A stretch of 64,000 bases of DNA from Salinispira sp. Its GTDB lineage: Bacteria; Spirochaetota; Spirochaetia; DSM-27196; Salinispiraceae. This document shows, in pieces, positions 39,853 to 48,628 of this stretch (the first letter of the stretch is position 1; every line of letters starts with the position of its first letter). The notes below the pieces were generated by a model. The model searched no databases, had not been told where the DNA came from, and worked only from the letters and a program-made list of their open reading frames with translations. The stretch spans positions 608,001-672,000 of the forward strand of contig OZ271918.1 of assembly GCA_965602015.1 (NCBI GenBank). Reading direction: 5' to 3'. Both the position numbers and the translations under genes were made by a program.

Positions 39853-41125
39853 AATACATGAAATCGATTCGGAGGAATACCAGGAGGCGGTCCTCAATCA
39901 GAACCTTGCCGTTTTGGATTTCTACTCAACCGAATGCCCTCCCTGCGAAGCTCTGGCAGCAAAATTCGAGGCTCTTAGTGAGATCTATGGCGACCACATT
40001 AGATTCGTCAAAATTTTCCGTCAGGGAAATCGGGATCTTGCCCTCAAACTCGGGGTTACGGGTAGCCCGACCCTTTTATTCTACCGGGCCGGCGAGATGG
40101 TCGGCGACAAACTCACTGGTGGCATAAGACGATCGGCAATTATGAAAAACCTCGATAGTTTACTAGGCGAAAGCCGGGCAGCGGAACTAAAAACCCGGAT
40201 TAAGGCTGTTGAGACGACGGCCGATGCGGTAATTCTCGGCGGGGGACCTGCAGGACTGACCGCCGGTATATACCTAGCACAGGCTCGCCTAAAAACCATC
40301 CTTGTGGACACCGCCCTTCCGGGAGGCTATGTAGCGACGACGCACCAGGTATCAAATTACCCAGGCTTCGTTGAGCCTCAAACCGGCATGATGCTCAGCC
40401 ATTACATTAGTGAGCAGGCCAAAAAAAACGGTGTCGATTTCCGGGCTGCTGTTGAAGTAAATGAGGTCAACCTAAAGGAGCGAACCGTCCGGATTGACGG
40501 ATTTGAGACGATCAGGGGAAAAAAGCTGCTCATCGCCACCGGATCGAGCCCACGGCCCCTGGGAATCCCCGGGGAACTCGAGTTCCGGGGAGACGGAATT
40601 TCGTACTGCGCCACCTGCGACGCAAAGTACTTCGACGGCAAGGACGTGATTGTTGTGGGCGGGGGAAACTCTGCCATTGAAGAGGCTCTTTTTATCAGCA
40701 AGTTTGCTAAATCAATAACCATCGTTCATCAATTCGATGATCTTCAGGCTAACAAATTAGCCCAGGAGAAAATCTACGCAAATCCCAAGGTTGAATTCCT
40801 GCTCAGTCATGAACCAAGGGAGTTCAAGCGCTACGGCACCATGGACATGGGGGTGGTAATCGAAAACCTCAAGACGAAGTCGAGAAGGGAAATCCGAGCA
40901 CACGGGATTTTTGCTTTCATCGGATTTATGGCAAATCTCGATGGTCTCCAGGGATTAGAGCAGGACCAGTGGGGTTACATTAAAACTGACGGAGAAATGC
41001 GCACCAATATCGACGGAGTGTATGCCGCAGGTGATATTACATCCAAGATGTATCGGCAGATTACCACAGCGGTGAGCGATGGTACCATCGCTGGAATAAG
41101 CATGAGCAAGGAAATATCAGGATAG
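39842..41125 (+). CDS. Thioredoxin-thioredoxin reductase fusion
   Basis: N-terminal DFYSTECPPC Trx domain; GGGPAG, SYCATCD, GGGNSA, AAGD; overlaps the rSAM stop. Confidence 0.88.
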   Translation: MAGKIHEIDSEEYQEAVLNQNLAVLDFYSTECPPCEALAAKFEALSEIYGDHIRFVKIFRQGNRDLALKLGVTGSPTLLFYRAGEMVGDKLTGGIRRSAIMKNLDSLLGESRAAELKTRIKAVETTADAVILGGGPAGLTAGIYLAQARLKTILVDTALPGGYVATTHQVSNYPGFVEPQTGMMLSHYISEQAKKNGVDFRAAVEVNEVNLKERTVRIDGFETIRGKKLLIATGSSPRPLGIPGELEFRGDGISYCATCDAKYFDGKDVIVVGGGNSAIEEALFISKFAKSITIVHQFDDLQANKLAQEKIYANPKVEFLLSHEPREFKRYGTMDMGVVIENLKTKSRREIRAHGIFAFIGFMANLDGLQGLEQDQWGYIKTDGEMRTNIDGVYAAGDITSKMYRQITTAVSDGTIAGISMSKEISG

Positions 41126-41191
41126 CACCCAGATAACCCCGCGCATTAATTCTATTGCACAACAATCCGGGCATACGCATAATCGGATTAT

Positions 41192-43357
41192 ATGAACGAT
41201 GCTGATGCCCGAATTTTTTCCCGGTTGTCCTCCGAACTAACCATCAATGAAAAACAGATACACGCCGTCGCCGAACTTCTCGATGAGGGATCAACGGTTC
41301 CCTTTATCGCCCGCTACCGAAAAGAAAAAAGCGGAAACCTCGATGAGACCCGCATTATAGCCATCCGGGACGGTTTAGCCAAAAACCGGGACCTGGAAAA
41401 GCGGCGGGCTTTTATCCTAGAAAGCATAGATAAACAGGGAGCCCTTACACTGGAACTTCAACGGGACGTTCAGAGCGCGGGGGACTCGAACCGTCTGGAA
41501 GACCTGTACCTTCCCTACAAGCAAAAACGGGAAACCCGAGGGTCCCGAGCCCGAAAGCAGGGCCTGGAAGATCTTGCCCGGAAACTTGCATCCGGTGCTG
41601 TCCATGACCCCCTTCTCGAGGCAGCCCATTTTGTTTCCCCTTCTGACGGTCCGGCTAGTGCTGCCGATGCCCTCACTGGCGCTCTGGATATCATTGCCGA
41701 AGATATCAGCTTAAATCCCGACCTGCGACACAGTATGCGGATTCTTTTTCGCGAGAACGGGGTATTACAATCTCTCGCCGTGAAAAAGAAACAGAAAGAG
41801 GAGGCGGCGGCAATCTACCGTGATTATTTTGAACACCGGGAAGCGATTAGTCGAATAAAGGGACATCGGCTACTGGCAATGCTCCGGGGTCAGCGGGAAG
41901 GTTTTTTGCGACTTTCCCTTGAGCCCGATCGGGAACAGGCTCTGAAGCTCATCGGCGCAATACATTTCAAGGGACTGCCCCAGCCCTTCCTCCGAACTCC
42001 TGCCGGCGAGGCATTGCGTCGCGCCGCCGAGGACGGGTATGCCAGACTGGTAAAACCTTCCCTGGAGAACGAAATACTGAAGCTCAAGCGGGAGGCCGCC
42101 GAGAAAGAAGCCATCTCGGTTTTTTCTGAGAACCTCAGACAGCTCCTTTTGTCGCCACCGTTGGGACCCCGCATTACACTGGGGGTGGATCCGGGCCTGC
42201 GAACCGGCTGCAAGTTGGTGGTGATCGGGCGGGAAGGAGAACTACTCGAAAGCTCGGTAATTTATCCGCTGGCTCCTCGGGAAGATACCGAGGGGGCAGC
42301 CAGAACCGTCCACGGGCTTGCCGATAAATACCGGATTGAAGCGGTTGCGGTCGGCAACGGAACCGGGGGGCGGGAAGCCCTCAGATTTATTAATGAACTC
42401 GCCCTGGGTCCTGAAGTTACCGTTGCCTCGGTTAACGAGAGCGGTGCTTCGGTATATTCTGCCTCGGAAATCGCTCGACGGGAATTTCCCCATGAGGACC
42501 TCACCGTGCGCGGAGCCGTTTCCATAGCCCGCAGGCTGGTCGATCCCTTGGCTGAGCTGGTGAAGATTGATCCCCGCTCAATCGGAGTTGGCCAGTATCA
42601 GCACGACGTAGACCAGAAGGCGCTACAGACCAGCCTTGCCGATGTGGTGTCAAGCTGCGTAAACGCTGTCGGAGTAAACCTCAACACCGCCAGCGACGAG
42701 CTTCTGTCCTACGTTTCGGGCTTAAGCACCCAACTCGGTCGTAAAATTGTCGAGTATCGAGTAAAAAAAGGAGGCTTTCGAACTCGTCAGCAATTGCTTA
42801 ACGTCCCTGGACTCGGGGAAAAAACCTTCCAGCAGGCTGCCGGTTTTTTAAGAATACTCGACGGAGACCACCCGCTGGACGCCTCGGCTGTTCACCCGGA
42901 GCGCTATGCCCTGGTGGAGCGCATGGCGAAGTCGGGGGGGTATGGTCTTGCCGACCTGATACGCGATTCTACGCTGCCCTCAACAATTCCCATTGATCAA
43001 TTCGTCGAAAAAGAGGTGGGACTGCCCACACTGCAAGATATCATTTCTGAACTTGAGAAACCCGGAAGAGATCCCAGGCCGCCATTTGAGGATTTTGCCT
43101 TCTCAGAAGACGTCCATACTATAGAAGATGTAAAGCCCGGTATGCGGCTTCCCGGCCTTGTGACGAACATCACAAAGTTCGGCGCATTCGTCGACATCGG
43201 CGTACATCAGGACGGCCTTGTCCATATCAGCCAGATGGCGGACCGCTTCGTCTCGGACCCGGGAGAAGCGGTGCGGCTCGGCCAAAAAGTGATCGTCAGG
43301 GTATTAGAGGTAGATGCCAGGCGCCGGCGGATATCTTTGAGCTTGAAGAAAACATAA
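41192..43357 (+). CDS. tex: Tex-like RNA-binding transcription accessory protein
   Basis: TVPFIARYRKE, DPGLRTGCK, ESGASVYSAS, IGVGQYQHD, S1 domain. Confidence 0.93.
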   Translation: MNDADARIFSRLSSELTINEKQIHAVAELLDEGSTVPFIARYRKEKSGNLDETRIIAIRDGLAKNRDLEKRRAFILESIDKQGALTLELQRDVQSAGDSNRLEDLYLPYKQKRETRGSRARKQGLEDLARKLASGAVHDPLLEAAHFVSPSDGPASAADALTGALDIIAEDISLNPDLRHSMRILFRENGVLQSLAVKKKQKEEAAAIYRDYFEHREAISRIKGHRLLAMLRGQREGFLRLSLEPDREQALKLIGAIHFKGLPQPFLRTPAGEALRRAAEDGYARLVKPSLENEILKLKREAAEKEAISVFSENLRQLLLSPPLGPRITLGVDPGLRTGCKLVVIGREGELLESSVIYPLAPREDTEGAARTVHGLADKYRIEAVAVGNGTGGREALRFINELALGPEVTVASVNESGASVYSASEIARREFPHEDLTVRGAVSIARRLVDPLAELVKIDPRSIGVGQYQHDVDQKALQTSLADVVSSCVNAVGVNLNTASDELLSYVSGLSTQLGRKIVEYRVKKGGFRTRQQLLNVPGLGEKTFQQAAGFLRILDGDHPLDASAVHPERYALVERMAKSGGYGLADLIRDSTLPSTIPIDQFVEKEVGLPTLQDIISELEKPGRDPRPPFEDFAFSEDVHTIEDVKPGMRLPGLVTNITKFGAFVDIGVHQDGLVHISQMADRFVSDPGEAVRLGQKVIVRVLEVDARRRRISLSLKKT

Positions 43358-43436
43358 GACCAGCCAAGACGAAAAATCCTCGCGGTTCAGCGTAGATGGA
43401 TTTATACTGGAATCATTGAGTGATGCAGGAGGAACG

Positions 43437-43601
43437 ATGTCCAGGAAAACCATTACCGTGAAAGAATTTGCGGTGGAGTTGGCCGAAAGACTCAACGCAG
43501 GAAAAGATGTAAATTGCTGCAAGCAGGAGATTCTTAACCTGGTGAACATAGTTGTGAAGCGTATTCCCGCTGAGCCCATCGAAGTGGAGTGGAAGGATTG
43601 A
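43437..43601 (+). CDS. Small hypothetical protein (54 aa, CC motif)
   Basis: RBS AGGAGG; MSRKTITVKEFAVELAERLNAGKDVNCCKQEIL... Confidence 0.7.
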   Translation: MSRKTITVKEFAVELAERLNAGKDVNCCKQEILNLVNIVVKRIPAEPIEVEWKD

Positions 43602-44071
43602 AAGTGGGTGAAGGGGATAAACGCGGACTGCTTACAGAAATTGAGGCTTTGGAAAAAAAAGCACCGGGCCTTGATGACCTGCATCACGCTTTCGGCGGGG
43701 TGTTTGCGGATTATTTATCTGAGGCGTTGAAGAATCTGCGAATCCGGGAAGTGTTTCATCCTATTCTGCTCGACCCCTGGAATATTGGTGACCCGAAATC
43801 CTTCGTCGTCTCGAACAACATTTCGTTCCATCAGCTTTTCGAACTGCAGCAGGACATGCGGGCATTTATGTGCGAGCTGCGCAGGCGTTATATGTGCGAT
43901 ATTGATGAAATTATCGATTACGCCGGGCCCCACCTTCCATCGAGTTTGAGCTATAGCGAGAAGAGTCTGGTACTGTTATACATCCTCAACCGGATGTGCG
44001 AGGCCCAGAATGATCTGCTTGAGAAGTTGGTTTCTTCATCTGATATCAGCCGCGATGTGTATGACCATTAG
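43598..44071 (+). CDS. Hypothetical protein
   Basis: TTG start overlapping the upstream stop (TTGA); 157 aa open frame. Confidence 0.6.
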   Translation: MKVGEGDKRGLLTEIEALEKKAPGLDDLHHAFGGVFADYLSEALKNLRIREVFHPILLDPWNIGDPKSFVVSNNISFHQLFELQQDMRAFMCELRRRYMCDIDEIIDYAGPHLPSSLSYSEKSLVLLYILNRMCEAQNDLLEKLVSSSDISRDVYDH

Positions 44072-44073
44072 TA

Positions 44074-45324
44074 AGTGCCCCAAAACAGCTGATCGAATCA
44101 ACATAACTCTTTTGCCAGTAGTCTTCTATGACACGATTACCGCTCATAGGAGATTACCATGGCATTTTACCCCCGATTCTGTCCGTACTCGGACTGCTCT
44201 CAGCATCATCGCGACAGAGAATCAAGCCGATGCTGGTTTGTCCGAAACGGCCACTATCACTGTCGCCGCCTCGGTTCTTCACAGCGCTATCGCTGTAAGC
44301 ATTGCCGTCGATACTTCTGCGAAAGCGCGTTTCACCTCGATTATCGCGCACATCATCGCCTCGATTACCGGCGCATCTTCTCTTCGATCAACTCGGCTTC
44401 CGGCATCCGCGACATTGCCCGGGAGTTTTATGTCACCGACAAGGTCATTCTCAATCGGCTGAGCCGATTGTCCCGTCAGGCAATCGCTGCCATGGCCCAG
44501 TTATTGAGCGATCATACAATCGATGAGGATATTGCCGTTGATGGGTTTGAAAGCTTTGTATATAGCCAATACTGGCCGAACAACTTCACCCTCGCGGTAG
44601 GTTCCGACAGCCAGGTTGTCTATGCGTGCGACTATGCGCAGATGCGGCGCAAAGGGCGGATGACCCCCGCACAAAAGCGCCGGCGCGATGAGCTCAATCG
44701 CCGGTATCCTATTGCAGGGGGACAAATTGCGCGATCTTTCCGTGATGTGATAAACACCATTCTTCCCAGGTGGAGGGCTTATTCATCGAAGAAGCCATGC
44801 TATCTCTTGAGCGATGAAAAACTCGAATACCGCCGTGAGCTGTTCGCTCACCGGGACTGGGCGGCGTTGGAAAATGCAGGGAAGGTACTCCATCACCGAA
44901 CCTCATCGAGGGTGGTCAGGACCACTGAGAACCCCCTGTTTCCGGTGAATTACCTGGATCGGGAGATACGAAAGGATCAATCCTGTCATGTCCGCCAGAG
45001 TGTGCAGTGGTCAAAATCGGTGAACAACAGCATGGAGCGGATGATGATTTACATCGCCTATCATAACCTGCTCAAGCCGTATCGGATAAACGGACGAAAC
45101 GATATCAGCCATGGTGAGGTTGCGGGGTTTGACCGAAAGCGGGTACTCACGTTGGCAAAAAGGATGTTTACACAGCGGGCCTTCGTTCATCATCTGGTGC
45201 TGGACATCAGCCAATGGAAGACCTGGCACCGGATCTGGAAGACACCGGTGAGTGCGCTAAAGATCGACCTACCCGATTATGCGGTGGCCTGAGGAGCGGG
45301 AAATCAGCTGTTTTGGGGGCACTT
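44074..45324 (+). mobile_element. IS1/IS1595-like insertion element with ~20-bp terminal inverted repeats
   Basis: Left AGTGCCCCAAAACAGCTGAT (44074-44093), right ATCAGCTGTTTTGGGGGCACTT (45303-45324), enclosing a single transposase-like ORF. Confidence 0.8.
44159..45292 (+). CDS. Putative DDE transposase (InsA-like zinc ribbon + HTH + RNase H-like domain)
   Basis: CP..DC...RNG.....QRYRCKHCRRYF; GIRDIARE HTH; VDGFE, LSDEK; YHNLLKPYR...SHGEVAG tail. Confidence 0.75.
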   Translation: MAFYPRFCPYSDCSQHHRDRESSRCWFVRNGHYHCRRLGSSQRYRCKHCRRYFCESAFHLDYRAHHRLDYRRIFSSINSASGIRDIAREFYVTDKVILNRLSRLSRQAIAAMAQLLSDHTIDEDIAVDGFESFVYSQYWPNNFTLAVGSDSQVVYACDYAQMRRKGRMTPAQKRRRDELNRRYPIAGGQIARSFRDVINTILPRWRAYSSKKPCYLLSDEKLEYRRELFAHRDWAALENAGKVLHHRTSSRVVRTTENPLFPVNYLDREIRKDQSCHVRQSVQWSKSVNNSMERMMIYIAYHNLLKPYRINGRNDISHGEVAGFDRKRVLTLAKRMFTQRAFVHHLVLDISQWKTWHRIWKTPVSALKIDLPDYAVA

Positions 45325-46617
45325 TCAAATAACCCTCAAGCATCCCTTTTCCCGGGGGAAAACTGGTAGCACACTCAAATAGTCGAAAAAGCGTTTGATG
45401 AGGGTTTCGAAGTCTTTTCCTTTATCGGCTTGAATCATAAAAAACGCCTTCGATTCTATACCCGCACCGAATGGTCCGTGGATGACTTCCACATTTTCAC
45501 CGGTTTTATAGATTGAAAAGATGCTGTGAAGTAGTTCAAGCTTATCGTTGAAATTTCCGCTCTTTCTGTTTATCAGGTTAATTATATGCCGGTATTCATG
45601 GAGATATTCCTGATAGAGATAAGAAATTTTGGCATGATTTCCGCTTCGCAGGCCACGAATTATTTGCTGTGTCCGGTGCCGCTCGGTTCGGAAGAAATGG
45701 ATTAGAACGATGTCCTCATGGCTAAATCCTGAGAATGTCCCGGGATTCAACAAATCGTCATATTCCAGAGTGTGAATCCTCCTCAGCTCATCGTGAAGGT
45801 GAAGATAGGCTTCTTCGGTCCCCGGTCCTGAACTGAGGCTGTCAACGATATATTGGCGGCGGTCGAAAAAACCGCCGTTCTGTTCGATTCGTGAGACGCT
45901 GAAATCCGGAGTATTAGTACATATCTGGAGTCCGCCGTTCCAGATAATGGCGCCGCTGGCAAAATCGCCCTCTTCGCCAAAGTAAGATTCTTCGACTGAT
46001 TTTATCATAGCGGCAAGTTTATTGCCTTGGCCGGCCAGGGGATGCTCTGCGCGTGTTTCTGGCTGATCCGATAGGCAGTAAAGCATGAGCGCGGTGAATG
46101 ATGCCGAGGCATTTAATCCTCCCCCGGGAAGCAACTGTGAGTTGCAGTATGCATCAAATCCTCTAATGCTTATGTTATTTTGAAGCAGCTTTGCTGCTGC
46201 GCCACGGATTAGCGCTGATGAACTCGCGGCTTCACTTTCGACGGGTTCAAGTTCTGATATGTCGAGATGAAATGGATGTTCATACCCGTCGGAGTACAGC
46301 ACAACCTGCTGATCATCCCGGTGTCTGAGGATTAATAGGATGTCCGGATTAACCGCTGTTCCAAGGCTTAGACCTCCCCAGCTCTCCGCGTGGTTTCCCG
46401 CGTACATCAGTCTGCCCGGCGAGCTGTAGATGTAGACCTGATCACTCTCATTGATGTTTAAAAGTGAGCGGGCATTTTCACAGAGACTGTGGTATCGCAA
46501 CGGCAAATTGCCACGGTCAGCTTCGTCCAGGATTCCCGAATTCAGCCCCAAACTGGTTACCAGGCGGCTGGGGAAACCGGTGGACCCTACCAGTTGACGA
46601 ACGTCACTGAATTGCAT
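45325..46617 (-). CDS. Galactokinase-like (GHMP) protein with degenerate motifs
   Basis: SPGR...GNH, PGGGLNASAS; RBS GGAGGA. Confidence 0.65.
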   Translation of the reverse strand: MQFSDVRQLVGSTGFPSRLVTSLGLNSGILDEADRGNLPLRYHSLCENARSLLNINESDQVYIYSSPGRLMYAGNHAESWGGLSLGTAVNPDILLILRHRDDQQVVLYSDGYEHPFHLDISELEPVESEAASSSALIRGAAAKLLQNNISIRGFDAYCNSQLLPGGGLNASASFTALMLYCLSDQPETRAEHPLAGQGNKLAAMIKSVEESYFGEEGDFASGAIIWNGGLQICTNTPDFSVSRIEQNGGFFDRRQYIVDSLSSGPGTEEAYLHLHDELRRIHTLEYDDLLNPGTFSGFSHEDIVLIHFFRTERHRTQQIIRGLRSGNHAKISYLYQEYLHEYRHIINLINRKSGNFNDKLELLHSIFSIYKTGENVEVIHGPFGAGIESKAFFMIQADKGKDFETLIKRFFDYLSVLPVFPREKGCLRVI

Positions 46618-46716
46618 GATTCCTCCGGATTCGACAAAGCCCATTGGCTTTCTTATAATCAACTATAAGCAATCCCGGCCAAAGTTGCCAAACCGTCGGG
46701 GAGCGAGGATGGAAAA

Positions 46717-47949
46717 TTGGCTAGTAACAGGCTTATCTGGAAAATCGAACCGGCGGTTATGAACTATCCCTGGGGAAGTAGGGATTCAGTTGAAAGGCTA
46801 TTGAACAGAAGCAATGCATCGGGTGAGCCTGTCGCAGAACTTTGGTTTGGGGCTCATCCCAGGGGGCCCAGCGTCGTGAGCGGAAGCAAAGCTACCCTGG
46901 CGGATCTGTTATATGCGGATCCGAAGGGTCTTTTGGGTGATAAGACTGCACAGCAGTTCTCGGGAAGATTTCCCTTTCTCTTTAAGGTCTTATCAGCTAA
47001 AAAGGGGCTGTCCATTCAGGCGCATCCGAGCAAGACACAGGCCGAAAGGGGATTTTCCCGGGAAAACAGCGAAGGTATCCCCATTGACGCACCTCATCGT
47101 AACTACCGCGATGACAATCACAAGCCTGAGTGCATCGTTGCCTTGGAAGATTTTTGGGCACTCTCAGGCTTTCGTCATCCCGAGCATATCGCCGGTCACT
47201 TCCGGGGGTGCTCACAAAGTCCTTTGGGGCTAAGGCTTGAGACCGCCCTCGAAGCAACGGGAGCACATGATGAGCAGCGACTTCGGGAATTCTATTCGAT
47301 ATTGATGTCTGCACCCGTCGAGTCCCAACTGGAACTATTATCTTATGTTTTGGATTATCAGAAAACCGTACCCAATAGAGATGATGCTAAAGGCCCCTGG
47401 TACTGGTTGGGAGAACTGAACCGGCAGTTTCCCGATGACCCCGGGGCCCTGGCCCCCTTGTATCTCAACGTAATCAGGCTTCGTCGGGGAGAAGGTCTAT
47501 TTATGAACGCTGGTTTGTTGCATGCATATCTTCGGGGCACCGGTCTGGAAATCATGGCTAATTCTGATAATGTCCTCAGGGGAGGCTGCACATCCAAACA
47601 TGTCGATCCTCCCGAGTTGGTGAAAGTTTTAAACTTTGTCTGCGATGAGCCCCATCTGGTACAAGCCGACGAAGCCGGGTGGTATCCAAGCCCTGTGCCG
47701 GAATTTCAGCTTGCGAGAATTGAACAGGATGGTGAGTTGCCCCGCTCTGTCCGGCATGATTTTGGACTTGCTTTGCGACCGGCTGTCGTGCTTGTCGAAT
47801 CGGGTGTACTGGAAATAAGGGCAGGAACCGAAACCCTGGTTCTGCAAAAAGGCGAATCGGCTTTTTTAGCTGCGGGGCAGCATGAAGTTGAAAGTATGAC
47901 TCCTGAAGGGGATGCGGCTTTTGCCCTGGCGAGTGTGAACCGACTGTGA
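46717..47949 (+). CDS. manA: Mannose-6-phosphate isomerase, class I
   Basis: YPWGS, AELWFGAHP, LSIQAHP, YRDDNHKPE, HAYL.G, EIMANSDNVLRGG. Confidence 0.93.
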   Translation: MASNRLIWKIEPAVMNYPWGSRDSVERLLNRSNASGEPVAELWFGAHPRGPSVVSGSKATLADLLYADPKGLLGDKTAQQFSGRFPFLFKVLSAKKGLSIQAHPSKTQAERGFSRENSEGIPIDAPHRNYRDDNHKPECIVALEDFWALSGFRHPEHIAGHFRGCSQSPLGLRLETALEATGAHDEQRLREFYSILMSAPVESQLELLSYVLDYQKTVPNRDDAKGPWYWLGELNRQFPDDPGALAPLYLNVIRLRRGEGLFMNAGLLHAYLRGTGLEIMANSDNVLRGGCTSKHVDPPELVKVLNFVCDEPHLVQADEAGWYPSPVPEFQLARIEQDGELPRSVRHDFGLALRPAVVLVESGVLEIRAGTETLVLQKGESAFLAAGQHEVESMTPEGDAAFALASVNRL

Positions 47950-48416
47950 GCGCCGTCATCATTTATGTTGATGCTGATTCCTGCCCTGTAAGGGTGAGGG
48001 AGATCATCGTAAAGGCCGCCCGGCGCAGGGACTGCATAGCCCACTTCATCGCCGCACGGGAAATTCCCCTACCCAAAGCCACTGAGGTTCGATTCACCCA
48101 AGTCGAACCGGGAGAAGATGCGGCTGATAAGGCTATCATACAGGCCGCTAGTCCCAGAGATTTGGTCGTCACCCGGGATATACCCTTGGCGGCCCAATTG
48201 GTAGAGAATGACGTCACGGTTATCAATGACCGGGGAGACCACTTCACCCGTGAAAACATCCGTCCCAGACTCAGCGAGCGGGATTTTATGGCGGATTTGC
48301 GGGCCATGGGACTTGAGAGTATGAAAGATCGCAGCTATTCGAACAGGGAACTCCAGGCCTTTTCTGCAACCTTCGACCGAGAACTCAGCACACTTATTCG
48401 AGAGCATAATCTATAA
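47946..48416 (+). CDS. YaiI/YqxD (DUF188) family protein
   Basis: IYVDADSCPV, DAAD, VVTRDIPLA. Confidence 0.9.
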   Translation: MSAVIIYVDADSCPVRVREIIVKAARRRDCIAHFIAAREIPLPKATEVRFTQVEPGEDAADKAIIQAASPRDLVVTRDIPLAAQLVENDVTVINDRGDHFTRENIRPRLSERDFMADLRAMGLESMKDRSYSNRELQAFSATFDRELSTLIREHNL

Positions 48417-48628
48417 TCTTCGATGCCGCCCAAAAGAGGCAAATGGACGACCCATTGGAGAAGAAAAGCCACGGAAAAAGCCAAGCTTCTGCTTGATTTT
48501 TTAGCTAAATGGTTCTAAATTTATCGAAATAGTATTGAAAAATAGTAAGGAATTATCGCGCTCTGCGTTTTTTGACGTCTTCGGGGCCGATACCCCGCCA
48601 CGCGAGTTCCAGGTCACAAGGAGTATAT

